Positions 18,779-28,235 of a DNA stretch of 64,000 bases are shown piece after piece. The notes under the pieces are model-generated. The model was given only the letters and a program-made list of their open reading frames with translations, had not been told where the DNA came from and searched no databases. Positions within the stretch are counted from its first letter, which is position 1. Each line of letters starts with the position of its first letter. A program made the position numbers and the translations under genes. The stretch comes from Candidatus Latescibacterota bacterium (GTDB taxonomy: Bacteria; Latescibacterota; UBA2968; GCA-2709665): contig CBDCOX010000002.1 in the NCBI GenBank assembly GCA_965219995.1, forward strand, positions 288,001 to 352,000, given 5' to 3'.

Positions 18779-19660
18779 ATGATTCCCGCCGAGATTCTCA
18801 GGAAAGTGAGGCGCATCGAACTGCGCACGAGGCATCTGGTCGATACGGTGTTTTCGGGAGAGTACCATTCCGTCTTCAAAGGCCAGGGAATGGCGTTCGC
18901 CGAAGTGCGTGAATACCAGGTGGGAGACGATATCCGGTCGATCGACTGGAACGTCACCGCCCGGATGGGACATCCCTTTGTCAAGGTGTACGACGAAGAA
19001 CGCGAACTGACGGTGATGTTGATGGTGGATGCCAGCGCATCCGGTGATTTCGGGACGGTCTCGCAGATGAAGGGCGAAATCGGCGTCGAGATCTGCGCCT
19101 TGCTGGCATTTTCGGCAATACAGAACAACGATCGGGTGGGGCTGATTATCTTCACGGACGACGTAGAGGCGTTCATACCGCCCAAAAAGGGCAGAAAGCA
19201 CGTGTTGCGGGTCATACGGGAACTGTTGTACTTCCGGCCCAGCCGGCGGGGAACGGACATCGGTGCGGCACTGGACACCCTCAACCGGATCAACAAACGG
19301 AAGAGCGTGGTGTTTCTTGTTTCCGATTTTCTGGCTTCCGGCTACGAAGCAGCGCTTCGGGTGTCGTGCAGAAGGCACGACCTGATCGCGGTCGTGCTTC
19401 AGGATCCGCGGGAACGTGAATTGCCCGATATCGGTCTCGTCGAAGTGGAGGACGCGGAAACCGGCCGGGAGATGCTGGTGGATACGTCCGACCGGGAGTT
19501 TCGGGTTCTTTTCAGGCAGTTGAACGAGAGGTTGGAGGAGCGGCGGGATCAGCTGTTCCGGTCCGTCGGCGTCGACCGCGTCGATATTCGTACGGAAGCA
19601 TCCTATGTCGATGCGCTGATGCGGTTCTTCCGAAAACGGGCGCAGCAGATCGCGGCATAG
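18779..19660 (+). CDS. DUF58 VWA-like MoxR partner
   Basis: GEYHSVFKGQGMAFAEVREYQVGDDIRSIDWNVTAR, DASAS, LVSDF. Confidence 0.92.
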   Translation: MIPAEILRKVRRIELRTRHLVDTVFSGEYHSVFKGQGMAFAEVREYQVGDDIRSIDWNVTARMGHPFVKVYDEERELTVMLMVDASASGDFGTVSQMKGEIGVEICALLAFSAIQNNDRVGLIIFTDDVEAFIPPKKGRKHVLRVIRELLYFRPSRRGTDIGAALDTLNRINKRKSVVFLVSDFLASGYEAALRVSCRRHDLIAVVLQDPRERELPDIGLVEVEDAETGREMLVDTSDREFRVLFRQLNERLEERRDQLFRSVGVDRVDIRTEASYVDALMRFFRKRAQQIAA

Positions 19661-19692
19661 CTGTCAGGATGGGCTCTTTCAACGGGACGGTC

Positions 19693-19854
19693 GTGTTCTG
19701 TCCCGGAAATAAGTTGCCTGAATTCGGCTGTCGAGTCGCCCGGCTCGCAAGGCGCCAGAGCGCAGGCGACCTGGCCAGGTCGGCGAGCGAGGGGAACGCA
19801 GCGAGACGGGATGGATCGGCGGCCGAATGGTGAGGTATTTCTGGGACAGGACAC
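19693..19854. mobile_element. MITE copy 1 (162 bp)
   Basis: TIRs GTGTTCTGTCCC...GGGACAGGACAC, central palindrome GACCTGGCCAGGTC; reverse complement of 52569-52730. Confidence 0.85.
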
Positions 19855-19867
19855 TGTGGAGGCGCGT

Positions 19868-20803
19868 GTGATCGAGGTTGATCATCTGACCAAACAATAT
19901 GGCTCGCTGGTGGCGGTCCGGGACCTGACCTTCAGCGTGGAAAAGGGAGAAGTGGTCGGGTTTCTTGGCCCCAACGGCGCGGGCAAGACCACCACCATGC
20001 GCATCCTGACGTGTTTTCAGCCGGCCACGTTGGGCACCGCCCGGGTGGCCGGCTTCGACGTATTCCACGAACCGATGGAGGTCAAGAGGCGAATCGGGTA
20101 CCTGCCGGAACACCCGCCGCTTTACAGGGACATGTACGTAAGGTCGTACCTGGATTTCGTGGCGCAGATCAAGGGGGTGCCGTCGCGGAATCGCGGGTCC
20201 CGGGTGGACGACGCGATGGAACGATGCGGGATCACGGACCGGGCGAAGCAGCTGATCGGCCAGCTCTCCAAGGGATATCGCCAGCGGGTCGGGATCGCCC
20301 AGGCCATCCTGCACGATCCGGACGTCATTATCCTGGATGAACCCACCATCGGGCTGGATCCCAACCAGATCCAGGAGATTCGCCGGGTGATCCGGGGCCT
20401 GGGACGGGAACACACGGTGATTCTGAGCACGCACATTCTGCCCGAGGTTGAAAAGACCTGCGATCGTGTAATCATCATCAACAGGGGCCGGATCGCGGCG
20501 GTGGATACGCCGGAAAACCTGACGGCGGGCGCGTCCGGCAACCGGCGGTACTACGTCGCGGTGTCGGGCGACCTGAACGATGCGGCCGAAGCCATCCGGG
20601 AGGTTGCGGGCGTGGTGGACGTCAGGAAGGCGGAAGACAACCAGGCGTTACAGATCGAAGCGTCCGGTGAAACCGACATGCGTCCGTCGATTGCAGCGAG
20701 GCTGGTAGAGCGCGGTCTGGGGCTGGTGGAGTTGCGACCGATTACGGCCGGGTTGGAGGACATTTTCCGGGAACTGACAGGACACGAGGAGGCGGGGACC
20801 TGA
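19868..20803 (+). CDS. ABC transporter ATP-binding protein, GldA-like
   Basis: GPNGAGKTTT, GYLPEHPPLY, LSKGYRQRVG signature, DEPTIGLDP. Confidence 0.9.
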   Translation: MIEVDHLTKQYGSLVAVRDLTFSVEKGEVVGFLGPNGAGKTTTMRILTCFQPATLGTARVAGFDVFHEPMEVKRRIGYLPEHPPLYRDMYVRSYLDFVAQIKGVPSRNRGSRVDDAMERCGITDRAKQLIGQLSKGYRQRVGIAQAILHDPDVIILDEPTIGLDPNQIQEIRRVIRGLGREHTVILSTHILPEVEKTCDRVIIINRGRIAAVDTPENLTAGASGNRRYYVAVSGDLNDAAEAIREVAGVVDVRKAEDNQALQIEASGETDMRPSIAARLVERGLGLVELRPITAGLEDIFRELTGHEEAGT

Positions 20804-21579
20804 TGGGAAATATCGCCGCGATTTTCTGGAAGGAGATGCGTTCCTATTTCGGTTCGCCGATCGCCTACGTGGTGGCGACCGGTTTCCTCTTGATGATGGG
20901 ATATCTATTCCAGAACGAAGTCGTCGAATTTCGCGCGAAATGCCTGAATTACTCATTTCAGCATCAGGAGCACGGCGTGGATGCGCCAAACGTGAACGAG
21001 GACGTCGTGTTCCACTTCTTCCTCAGCCAGTGCCTCGTCTGGCTGGTGGTGACGCCCATGCTGACGATGCGGCTGTTCGCGGAGGAGAAGGGCTCCGGGA
21101 CGATCGAGCTCCTGATGACGTCGCCCCTGACCACGTGGCAGGTCATTCTCGGCAAATTCGCCGCCTGTCTCGGGCTGTACGTCATCATTGAACTGCTGCT
21201 TCTATCGCTGATCTTCGTCGTGTCGTTTTACGGCGATCTGAATTGGGGCCGCGTGCTGTCCGCCTGTGTCGCGATACTGCTGCTGGGAGGTTCGTTCATC
21301 AGCGTGGGCATTCTGGCCTCCTCACTGACCGACAAACAGATTGTCGCGGTCGTCATCGCATTTGTCCTCCTGCTTCTCCTCTTCGTGGTGCGGTATTCGC
21401 CCGAGCTTATTGGACGCGAATGGGCAACCGTTCTGTTCTACCTTTCGCTGATCGATCACACGAGGGAAATGGCACGGGGCGTGATCGACAGCAGCGACGT
21501 GATCTTTTTTCTCACCTTTACGTTTTTTTTCCTGTTCCTGACGCATACCGCGCTTGAATCGCGCCGCTGGAGGCGATAG
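20803..21579 (+). CDS. ABC-2 type permease, GldF-like
   Basis: KEMRSYFGSPIAY, LTMRLFAEEK.SGTIELL.T.P, GVIDSSD. Confidence 0.85.
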   Translation: MGNIAAIFWKEMRSYFGSPIAYVVATGFLLMMGYLFQNEVVEFRAKCLNYSFQHQEHGVDAPNVNEDVVFHFFLSQCLVWLVVTPMLTMRLFAEEKGSGTIELLMTSPLTTWQVILGKFAACLGLYVIIELLLLSLIFVVSFYGDLNWGRVLSACVAILLLGGSFISVGILASSLTDKQIVAVVIAFVLLLLLFVVRYSPELIGREWATVLFYLSLIDHTREMARGVIDSSDVIFFLTFTFFFLFLTHTALESRRWRR

Positions 21580-21582
21580 ATA

Positions 21583-22953
21583 ATGATCGGTTTTTTCGGG
21601 TCCCGCCTGGTCAGGTACGGTTCGAGTACACTGGTTGCCGTTCTCGCCCTGCTTGCGATTCTGGTTGCGGTCAACTTCCTCGCCAGGCGCTATCCCCACC
21701 GGATCGACGTTACGGAGGGCGGAATGCACAGCCTCTCCGACCAGACCGCCACGTTGCTGGACTCCCTGTCCACGGACGTGCACGTGCTGGCGTTTTTTCA
21801 CGAAACCGACCCTGAGGCGGTCGAGTTCAATGAAAGGCTCGAAACCTATGCCTATCATTCAGACCGGTTTACCTTTAAGATGGTGGATCCGGCGGTCCAT
21901 CCCGGCGAAGCACGGAGGTACGGGGTGGGCAAGCCGCGAATCTCGGTGGTCATGTCGGAAGGACGGGAAGAGCGGATTGCGGGAACCGAGGAGAATCACC
22001 TGACCAACGCGGTGGCCAAGGTTGTCCGGGAACGCGGGAAAATTGTCTATTTCTCGGCCGGACACGGAGAACGGACGCTGAAGGCGCCGGAAGGCGATTT
22101 CATTCGCGTCGGGCAGTCATTGCGGGAGGCCGGGTACGGCGTTCGGGATACCCTGGTTCTGGATGCCGGAAAGGGCGTCCCGGCGGATTGCGATTTGTTG
22201 ATCGTGGCGGGGCCGACCGCCGCATTTTCCAGTATCGAAACCGATTCTATCCGCAACTTCCTTGCGGGAGGGGGATCCGCGTTGTTCCTGCTCGACCCGG
22301 GTGGCGAAACGGGTCTGGAACCGCTGCTGGCGGGATGGGGCATCCAGGTCAACGACGACTACGTCCTGGGTTGGGGGCCGGGCGACCCGTCCATGCCGGG
22401 ATCGGTCTGGTACGCGCGACATCCGGTATCGGAAAAGCACCGCAGCCGAAATTTGAGGACATTCTACAGGCTTGCGCGGTCCGTGTCCCGCATCGAAAAC
22501 GCCTCCGGAGTGCAGGTCCATGAACTGGTAACAACCCATCCCCGAGACAGTTGGCGGGAAGAGAAGCTGCCCGATGCGTCGCCGGTCTACGATCCGGGAG
22601 CGGACCTGCCGGGTCCGGCGTCGGTCGCTGTCGCCGTGCTCGACAGACCGAATTACCGCAGGCACGCATCCTCCGACGTCGGGTTGCGCCACACCCGGAT
22701 CGTCGTTTTTGGGGACTCCGATTTCGCTGGCAACGAATTCTTCGACACCGTGGGCAACGGCGACCTGTTCATGAATGCGGTGAGCTGGCTGATGGAGGAG
22801 GGGGACCTGATCTCGATCCGACCCAAAATGTGGGCTTTCAGGGGCGTCGTGATGACGGCGGAAGACCTCATGTGGCTTTCATGGCTTTCCGTCGTGGTTC
22901 TTCCGGCGATACCCGTCGTCGTCGGGATCGGCGTCTGGCGCAGGCGGCGCTGA
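21583..22953 (+). CDS. GldG-like ABC auxiliary component
   Basis: RIDVT...SLSDQT, YFSAGHGE, VVFGDSDF, GNGDLFMNAVSWL..LISIR, C-terminal TM + WRRRR. Confidence 0.85.
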   Translation: MIGFFGSRLVRYGSSTLVAVLALLAILVAVNFLARRYPHRIDVTEGGMHSLSDQTATLLDSLSTDVHVLAFFHETDPEAVEFNERLETYAYHSDRFTFKMVDPAVHPGEARRYGVGKPRISVVMSEGREERIAGTEENHLTNAVAKVVRERGKIVYFSAGHGERTLKAPEGDFIRVGQSLREAGYGVRDTLVLDAGKGVPADCDLLIVAGPTAAFSSIETDSIRNFLAGGGSALFLLDPGGETGLEPLLAGWGIQVNDDYVLGWGPGDPSMPGSVWYARHPVSEKHRSRNLRTFYRLARSVSRIENASGVQVHELVTTHPRDSWREEKLPDASPVYDPGADLPGPASVAVAVLDRPNYRRHASSDVGLRHTRIVVFGDSDFAGNEFFDTVGNGDLFMNAVSWLMEEGDLISIRPKMWAFRGVVMTAEDLMWLSWLSVVVLPAIPVVVGIGVWRRRR

Positions 22954-23002
22954 CGCCCGGGCGTGATTCGCCCGAAACGGAGAAGCCGGACAGGCATTTT
23001 CT

Positions 23003-24433
23003 ATGAGCTTAAGGACAACAGGTGGTCTGGTGCTGCTTCTGGCCGCGCTCGTCGGTTTTGTCTATTTCTACGAAATCCGGGGCGCCGACGAGCGTTTTAT
23101 GGCCCAGGCCAGGGCCGGGCGCCTGCTGCCTCTGAAAGCAGAAGCAGTCACGGGGCTGACGGTTCAACGGGGCGACACGACCATCGTCATCGAAAAATCG
23201 GAGGAAGGGTGGAGGATCCTGCAGCCGGTAGCCACCGGCGGCGATGACGGCGAGATCACGGGACTGATCCGCACGGTACAGAATATGGACCTTGAGCGCG
23301 TGGTCGCGGACAGCGTCCGAATCGCGCGAGGGCAGGCCCGTCTTTCGGATTTCGGCCTTGACAGACCGAATCTGGCACTGGCGATAAAGCAGGCGGGCCG
23401 GGTAGATTCACTCTTCTGGGGAGATCGGAGTCCGACCGGCCGTTACGGCTATATCAGATGGTCGGGGCATCCGGGGATTCTCGCGGTCGCCGCCCCGTTC
23501 CGGATGAGATTGGAAAAAGGGCTGTTGCGACTGCGTGACCGGCGCGTTGCGGATTTCAACCGGGCAACCGTGCGCAAAATCGAAATTGCACGAGGGGACG
23601 CGAGGGTCGTCGTAGAGAAACTTTCGGAAGCATGGCGCCTGACGTATCCGGTAAACGACCGCACCGACAGCGACGAGGTCCAGAAGCTGATCAAACGGCT
23701 GTATACCGCCGAATTCACTCGCGTGATCGCTGAAGGGCCCGGGCAGGCCGGCGATTACGGCCTGGAGAGTCCAACGCTGACGGTTTCGATTTTCGATGGC
23801 CCCGATGAACGGAAGAAGACCGTGAGGATCGGACGCCGAATGGGCGCGAGCCGGTTTCCGCCGTTTTTCGCGGCTTTTTCCGCCCGCCCCATGGTATTCC
23901 TGGTCGATTCGACCCTTGTCGCCGATCTGAGGAAGACGGGTTCGGATCTTAGATTCAAGCGTATTTTTGCGTTCGACACCGCCGGAGTCGACCGGTTGAA
24001 GCTGGCGTATCGGGACCGGACCGTGGAATGTGTCAGAGATCAACGCGGCGAAGGCTGGCAGGTGCTGCAGCCGAAGCTGCATATCGTCCTGGAACACCGC
24101 GTCCGACATCTCTTTCGCACCATCGAATTGCTCGAAGCCGGAGAATTCGTCGCGGAAGCGCTGACAATACCCGAGGCATTCGGGCTTGACCGTCCGGCAC
24201 TGGAGATCACCGCCTGGCGCGGTGATGCGGTGGCGCAGAAATTGAGTGTCGGCGAAAGGGACGGCAACATTTACGCCCGGGGACATCAGCGTCCCCAGGT
24301 CGTCAGGATCGATGCCGAAATTCTGACGAAGCTGAAGCTGGAACTCATCCCCGTGAAACCTGACCTTGTTCAACCCGATACCGTACGGTTAGGTGTACGG
24401 AAGGCGTTCAACGAAATATGGCCCGCGTCCTGA
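23003..24433 (+). CDS. DUF4340-type repeat protein (GldG-cassette partner)
   Basis: N-terminal TM; three units with W....P and FGLDRP/YGLESP/FGLDRP; LRDRR linker. Confidence 0.75.
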   Translation: MSLRTTGGLVLLLAALVGFVYFYEIRGADERFMAQARAGRLLPLKAEAVTGLTVQRGDTTIVIEKSEEGWRILQPVATGGDDGEITGLIRTVQNMDLERVVADSVRIARGQARLSDFGLDRPNLALAIKQAGRVDSLFWGDRSPTGRYGYIRWSGHPGILAVAAPFRMRLEKGLLRLRDRRVADFNRATVRKIEIARGDARVVVEKLSEAWRLTYPVNDRTDSDEVQKLIKRLYTAEFTRVIAEGPGQAGDYGLESPTLTVSIFDGPDERKKTVRIGRRMGASRFPPFFAAFSARPMVFLVDSTLVADLRKTGSDLRFKRIFAFDTAGVDRLKLAYRDRTVECVRDQRGEGWQVLQPKLHIVLEHRVRHLFRTIELLEAGEFVAEALTIPEAFGLDRPALEITAWRGDAVAQKLSVGERDGNIYARGHQRPQVVRIDAEILTKLKLELIPVKPDLVQPDTVRLGVRKAFNEIWPAS

Positions 24434-25374
24434 TATCGGCGTGGATCGCAGCCTTCGGCCTCTCGATTTCATCCCCGGGCGCCCGCGCAGAAGTTCTGTT
24501 CGATGCGGCGGTCAACCGGGACACGCTTACGGTCGGCGATCCCGTTCTGCTCAGTGTGCGGATCCTGCGCGAATCGGGAGATGCCGTCGCATTGATGCAG
24601 GACGAGGGCTTCCTCGCGCCGTTCGAGGTGCGCCGCCGTGTACCGCCCGCGGCCCGGGAGACGCCCGACGGACGGGTGGAGGAGACGCTCGCCTTCGAAC
24701 TTGCCGTGTACCGGCCGGGTGCGGTCGAAGTGCCCTCACTGGTGCTTCAGGTGCGGACGGCCGAGGGCGACTCCGGCCTGATTACCACGGGGCCGATACC
24801 GGTTGTGGTACGCAGCGTCAGACCGTCGGGAATGACGGACATCCGGGATGTGAAGCCTCCCGTCGACATCGATGCCAGCATACCGGCGTGGTTCTGGATC
24901 GCCCTTGCCGTACTGATCGGCCTTGTGGCTGCTTTGCTGTTGTATTTGAATCGCCGTCGCCGGAAACCGGGAGTCGATCCTCCGCGGCCGCCGGTTGTCT
25001 GGCCCGACGAAGTCGTAAAGATCCTTCGGATGGGGCTCGTGGAAAAAGGAGCACTGAAGCGGTATTACAGCCTGCTTTCCGAGGTGATGCGCCGCTACCT
25101 CGAGGATCGTGTCCGGGTGGATGCCATGGAGTGTACCACGCACGAACTGGTGCGGGACCTCAGACGTGTTCCGGTGGGGGAAGCGGAGGTATCGGCGCTC
25201 GAGCAGCTGTTGTTGGAGGCGGATCTGGTCAAGTTTGCAAAGCTCAGGCCTCGCGATGAAGTCGCGTTGAAGGCCGCCGATTCGGTGCTGGATCTGATGC
25301 GGCGGATGGACGAGCAGGCCCAGACGGGTGAAGACGATTCGACGATCGCGGCGCCCGCGGAGGCCACGGCATGA
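24418..25374 (+). CDS. Bat-operon membrane protein (BatD-N-like/DUF4381-like)
   Basis: LTVGDP, DIRDVKPP + TM, YY..LSEVMRRYLE.R, TTHE, ADLVKFAK. Confidence 0.8.
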   Translation: MARVLISAWIAAFGLSISSPGARAEVLFDAAVNRDTLTVGDPVLLSVRILRESGDAVALMQDEGFLAPFEVRRRVPPAARETPDGRVEETLAFELAVYRPGAVEVPSLVLQVRTAEGDSGLITTGPIPVVVRSVRPSGMTDIRDVKPPVDIDASIPAWFWIALAVLIGLVAALLLYLNRRRRKPGVDPPRPPVVWPDEVVKILRMGLVEKGALKRYYSLLSEVMRRYLEDRVRVDAMECTTHELVRDLRRVPVGEAEVSALEQLLLEADLVKFAKLRPRDEVALKAADSVLDLMRRMDEQAQTGEDDSTIAAPAEATA

Positions 25375-26357
25375 TTGAATTCAAGAATCCGGAGTGGCTG
25401 ATCGCCCTTGTCTTCGTGCCGTTGCTCATCTACCGATACGTCCGTCGACAGCGGCAGAAGCAGGGCAGCATCCGATTTCCGGACCTGGGTGTCATCGGGG
25501 AGATTCCGCCTTCGGTCGTGCTGAAGTTCCGACACGGTCTCATTGCGCTTCGCTGCCTGGCGCTGATCCTGCTGATTGTGGCGCTGGCCCGTCCGCGTTC
25601 CGGGCGCGAAGGAAGAGAGATCCTGACCCGCGGGATCGACATTGTACTCGCCCTGGACGTATCTGGCAGCATGGCGTACAAGGATCTGGACCAGCAGCGA
25701 AAATCCCGGCTGCAGGTCAGCAAGGAAGTCGTGACGCAATTCGTGCGGGGGCGGGTCAACGACCGGCTTGGACTCGTCGTCTTCGCGGGCGAGAGCTATA
25801 CGCAGTGTCCGCTCACGCTCGACTACGGCATATTCCTGAGTTTTCTGAATGAGGTGGGTCTCGCGGACGATTCCTGGGACGGCACGGCAGTCGGGACCGG
25901 CATCGTCACGGCGGTGAACCGGCTGCGCCGGTCGGAAGCGAAGAGCCGCGTCATTATCCTGTTGACGGACGGTGTGAACAACAGGGGAGAAGTGGACCCG
26001 GTTACGGCCGCCCGTGCCGCCAGGGCGGTGGGCATACGAATTTATACCATCGGAGCGGGAAGCGACGGGGTGATCGTGACGGGCCAGGGCCTGCTCCGGC
26101 AGCGGGTTCGGGTGGAGATCGACGAAGAGACCCTCAGGGAAGTTGCCGACATCACGGGCGGCCGGTACTTCCGTGCGACCAGCGAAAAGAAACTCGAGGA
26201 GATCTATCACGCCATCGGCGAGATGGAGAAAGCGGAAATCAAGACACGCGACTACGTGGACTACTCCGAATTGTTCATGCACTTCCTCTGGCCGGGCCTG
26301 GCTTTGCTCGGCGTCGAACTGATGTTGGCCAACACGCGATTTCGGAGGATTCCCTGA
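25371..26357 (+). CDS. batA: BatA VWA-domain membrane protein
   Basis: ALARP, MIDAS DVSGSM, TQCPLTLDY, LLTDGVNNRG, TGGRYFRA. Confidence 0.9.
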   Translation: MIEFKNPEWLIALVFVPLLIYRYVRRQRQKQGSIRFPDLGVIGEIPPSVVLKFRHGLIALRCLALILLIVALARPRSGREGREILTRGIDIVLALDVSGSMAYKDLDQQRKSRLQVSKEVVTQFVRGRVNDRLGLVVFAGESYTQCPLTLDYGIFLSFLNEVGLADDSWDGTAVGTGIVTAVNRLRRSEAKSRVIILLTDGVNNRGEVDPVTAARAARAVGIRIYTIGAGSDGVIVTGQGLLRQRVRVEIDEETLREVADITGGRYFRATSEKKLEEIYHAIGEMEKAEIKTRDYVDYSELFMHFLWPGLALLGVELMLANTRFRRIP

Positions 26358-26358
26358 A

Positions 26359-27381
26359 ATGCGTTTTGGCGACGTTCAGGCGTTCTGGTTCCTGTTGTCC
26401 GTGCCTGCGGCCGTGCTGTTTTTCGTGATCGCCTACCGAAAGAAAAAGCGAGCTCTCGCGCGTTTCGGGAGTCAGGACCTGATGCGCAAGCTGACCGCGG
26501 CCACGAGTTGGAAGAGGCAGTGGATGAAGGCGGCGTTGACGGTTTTCGGACTCTTCTTTCTGGTCATCGCACTGGCGCAGCCCAGGTACGGGATGCGGCT
26601 CGAACTCCTGCATCGCAAGGGTGTCGACGTCATGGTCGCCCTGGACACGTCGCTGAGCATGCTCGCGGAAGACATCCGTCCCAATCGGCTGACGCGCGCG
26701 CTGTTTGAGATCGAGTCCTTTATCGACCGGCTCGAAGGCGACAGGATCGGCCTGGTCGCGTTCGCGGGTCGCAGCTTTACACTCTGTCCGCTCACACTGG
26801 ACTATGGCGCCGCGAAGCTGTTTCTGGATTCGATCGACACGGATATCATTCCGGTGCAGGGCACGGCCATCGCCGAGGCCGTCCGCACAGCGACCCGGGC
26901 GTTCGGAAGCGAAGAACGCAAGTACAAGGTCCTCGTGCTGATTACGGATGGGGAGGACCACGCCGACGATCCTGTAGAGGCGGCGGAAGCCGCGGCGGAA
27001 GCCGGGGTTCGGATTTTTGCGGTGGGGGTCGGGACGCCGGGCGGCGAGTTGATCCCGGTAAAGCGGAACGGACGGACGGAGTATCTGAAAGACGGTAGGG
27101 GCAACTATGTCAAGTCGCGCCTGGACGAGGCAAGCCTGCAACAGGTGGCAACGGTGACGGACGGGGTCTACATACGGTCGCAGGCGGGCGGCGTTGGGTT
27201 GGACAGGGTAACCCACGAAATCTCGCAGATGGAGAAGAAGGAACTGGGATCGCGGAAATTCACGCAATACAAACACAGGTACCAGTGGCCGCTGGCCGTC
27301 GCGGTCGCCTGCTTTGTCAGCGAAGCGTTGCTGTCGGATCGCAGACGGGTGCGAACGCAGTGGCGCGGGCGGTTCCAGTAG
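26359..27381 (+). CDS. batB: BatB VWA-domain protein
   Basis: ALAQP, DTSLSMLAEDIRPNRL, PLTLDYGAAKLF, ITDGEDH, VGTPGG. Confidence 0.9.
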   Translation: MRFGDVQAFWFLLSVPAAVLFFVIAYRKKKRALARFGSQDLMRKLTAATSWKRQWMKAALTVFGLFFLVIALAQPRYGMRLELLHRKGVDVMVALDTSLSMLAEDIRPNRLTRALFEIESFIDRLEGDRIGLVAFAGRSFTLCPLTLDYGAAKLFLDSIDTDIIPVQGTAIAEAVRTATRAFGSEERKYKVLVLITDGEDHADDPVEAAEAAAEAGVRIFAVGVGTPGGELIPVKRNGRTEYLKDGRGNYVKSRLDEASLQQVATVTDGVYIRSQAGGVGLDRVTHEISQMEKKELGSRKFTQYKHRYQWPLAVAVACFVSEALLSDRRRVRTQWRGRFQ

Positions 27382-27417
27382 ATGCCACGACACAGGATTT
27401 CCCGGGGAGCATGCGCC

Positions 27418-28233
27418 ATGCGCCGATATCTGGTCGGCCTCGCCGTCGTACCGCTTATGGGCTTCACATTTCTGGATCCTGCGGCGGACAGGAACCGGCA
27501 GGGCAACCGCCTGTTTCACGAAGGCAAGTTCGACGACGCGCTCGAGTACTACAGGAAGGCCCAGGTGGAACGACCCGGCGCGCCGGAGCTCAGATTCAAT
27601 GCGGGTGACGCCTATTTCAAAAAGAACGCCTATAAAGATGCGCTTCAGGAGTTCGGACACGCGCTGAAGAGCCGGGACCCCTCGCTTCTCGCGCGCGCCT
27701 ATTACAACATGGGCAATGTCCACGTTCGCCAGCAGAACCTGCAGCAGGCGGTCGAGGCGTACAAGCGCTCGCTTTCGATAAGGCCGGACGATCTGGATGC
27801 GAAGGTGAATCTGGAATGGGTTCTGGAGAAAATGCGGGAGCAGGAGGAGAATCAGAATCAGGACCGGGAGCAACAGAAGAACCGGGAGGACGGTCAGGAG
27901 CGGAAGGAGCAGGGGAAGGAGCAGAGAAACGAGGACCACAATGACGACCGGAGCCGGGAACAGCCCCCGGAAGGGCCGGATCCGGACCAGGATGGGAATC
28001 TCGATCGGCAGAGCCGGGAAAGCCCGGACGATCGGCAGGAGGACCGGAGCCGGCAGCCGGACCCCTCCGGGGGGAAGTCCCGGAATCGGCCGGAAGGACA
28101 GGCGGAGTCCGGGGAGCTTGGCCGGGAAGAGGCCGAACGCCTGCTGGATGCGATGAAAGACAGGGAGATGAAATCCCAGAAATACCGCCGGCTGCGGGTA
28201 TACGGCAAGAGATACAAGGGTAACGAGTGGTAG
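27418..28233 (+). CDS. batC: BatC TPR protein with Q/E/D/R-rich linker
   Basis: TPR repeats (AYYNMGN, AYKRSL..RPDD.DAKVNLE), low-complexity linker, EAERLLDAM, terminal W. Confidence 0.8.
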   Translation: MRRYLVGLAVVPLMGFTFLDPAADRNRQGNRLFHEGKFDDALEYYRKAQVERPGAPELRFNAGDAYFKKNAYKDALQEFGHALKSRDPSLLARAYYNMGNVHVRQQNLQQAVEAYKRSLSIRPDDLDAKVNLEWVLEKMREQEENQNQDREQQKNREDGQERKEQGKEQRNEDHNDDRSREQPPEGPDPDQDGNLDRQSRESPDDRQEDRSRQPDPSGGKSRNRPEGQAESGELGREEAERLLDAMKDREMKSQKYRRLRVYGKRYKGNEW

Positions 28234-28235
28234 AA

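Noticed and set aside
19868-22953. Gliding motility inferred from the gld-like genes
   Set aside because: GldA/F/G-like ABC cassettes occur widely in non-gliding bacteria, and no gldK-N or spr genes are in the window.
27840-28120. Purine-rich quasi-repeats (CAGGAG/GACCGG)
   Set aside because: They encode the usual low-complexity Q/E/D/R linker of BatC.
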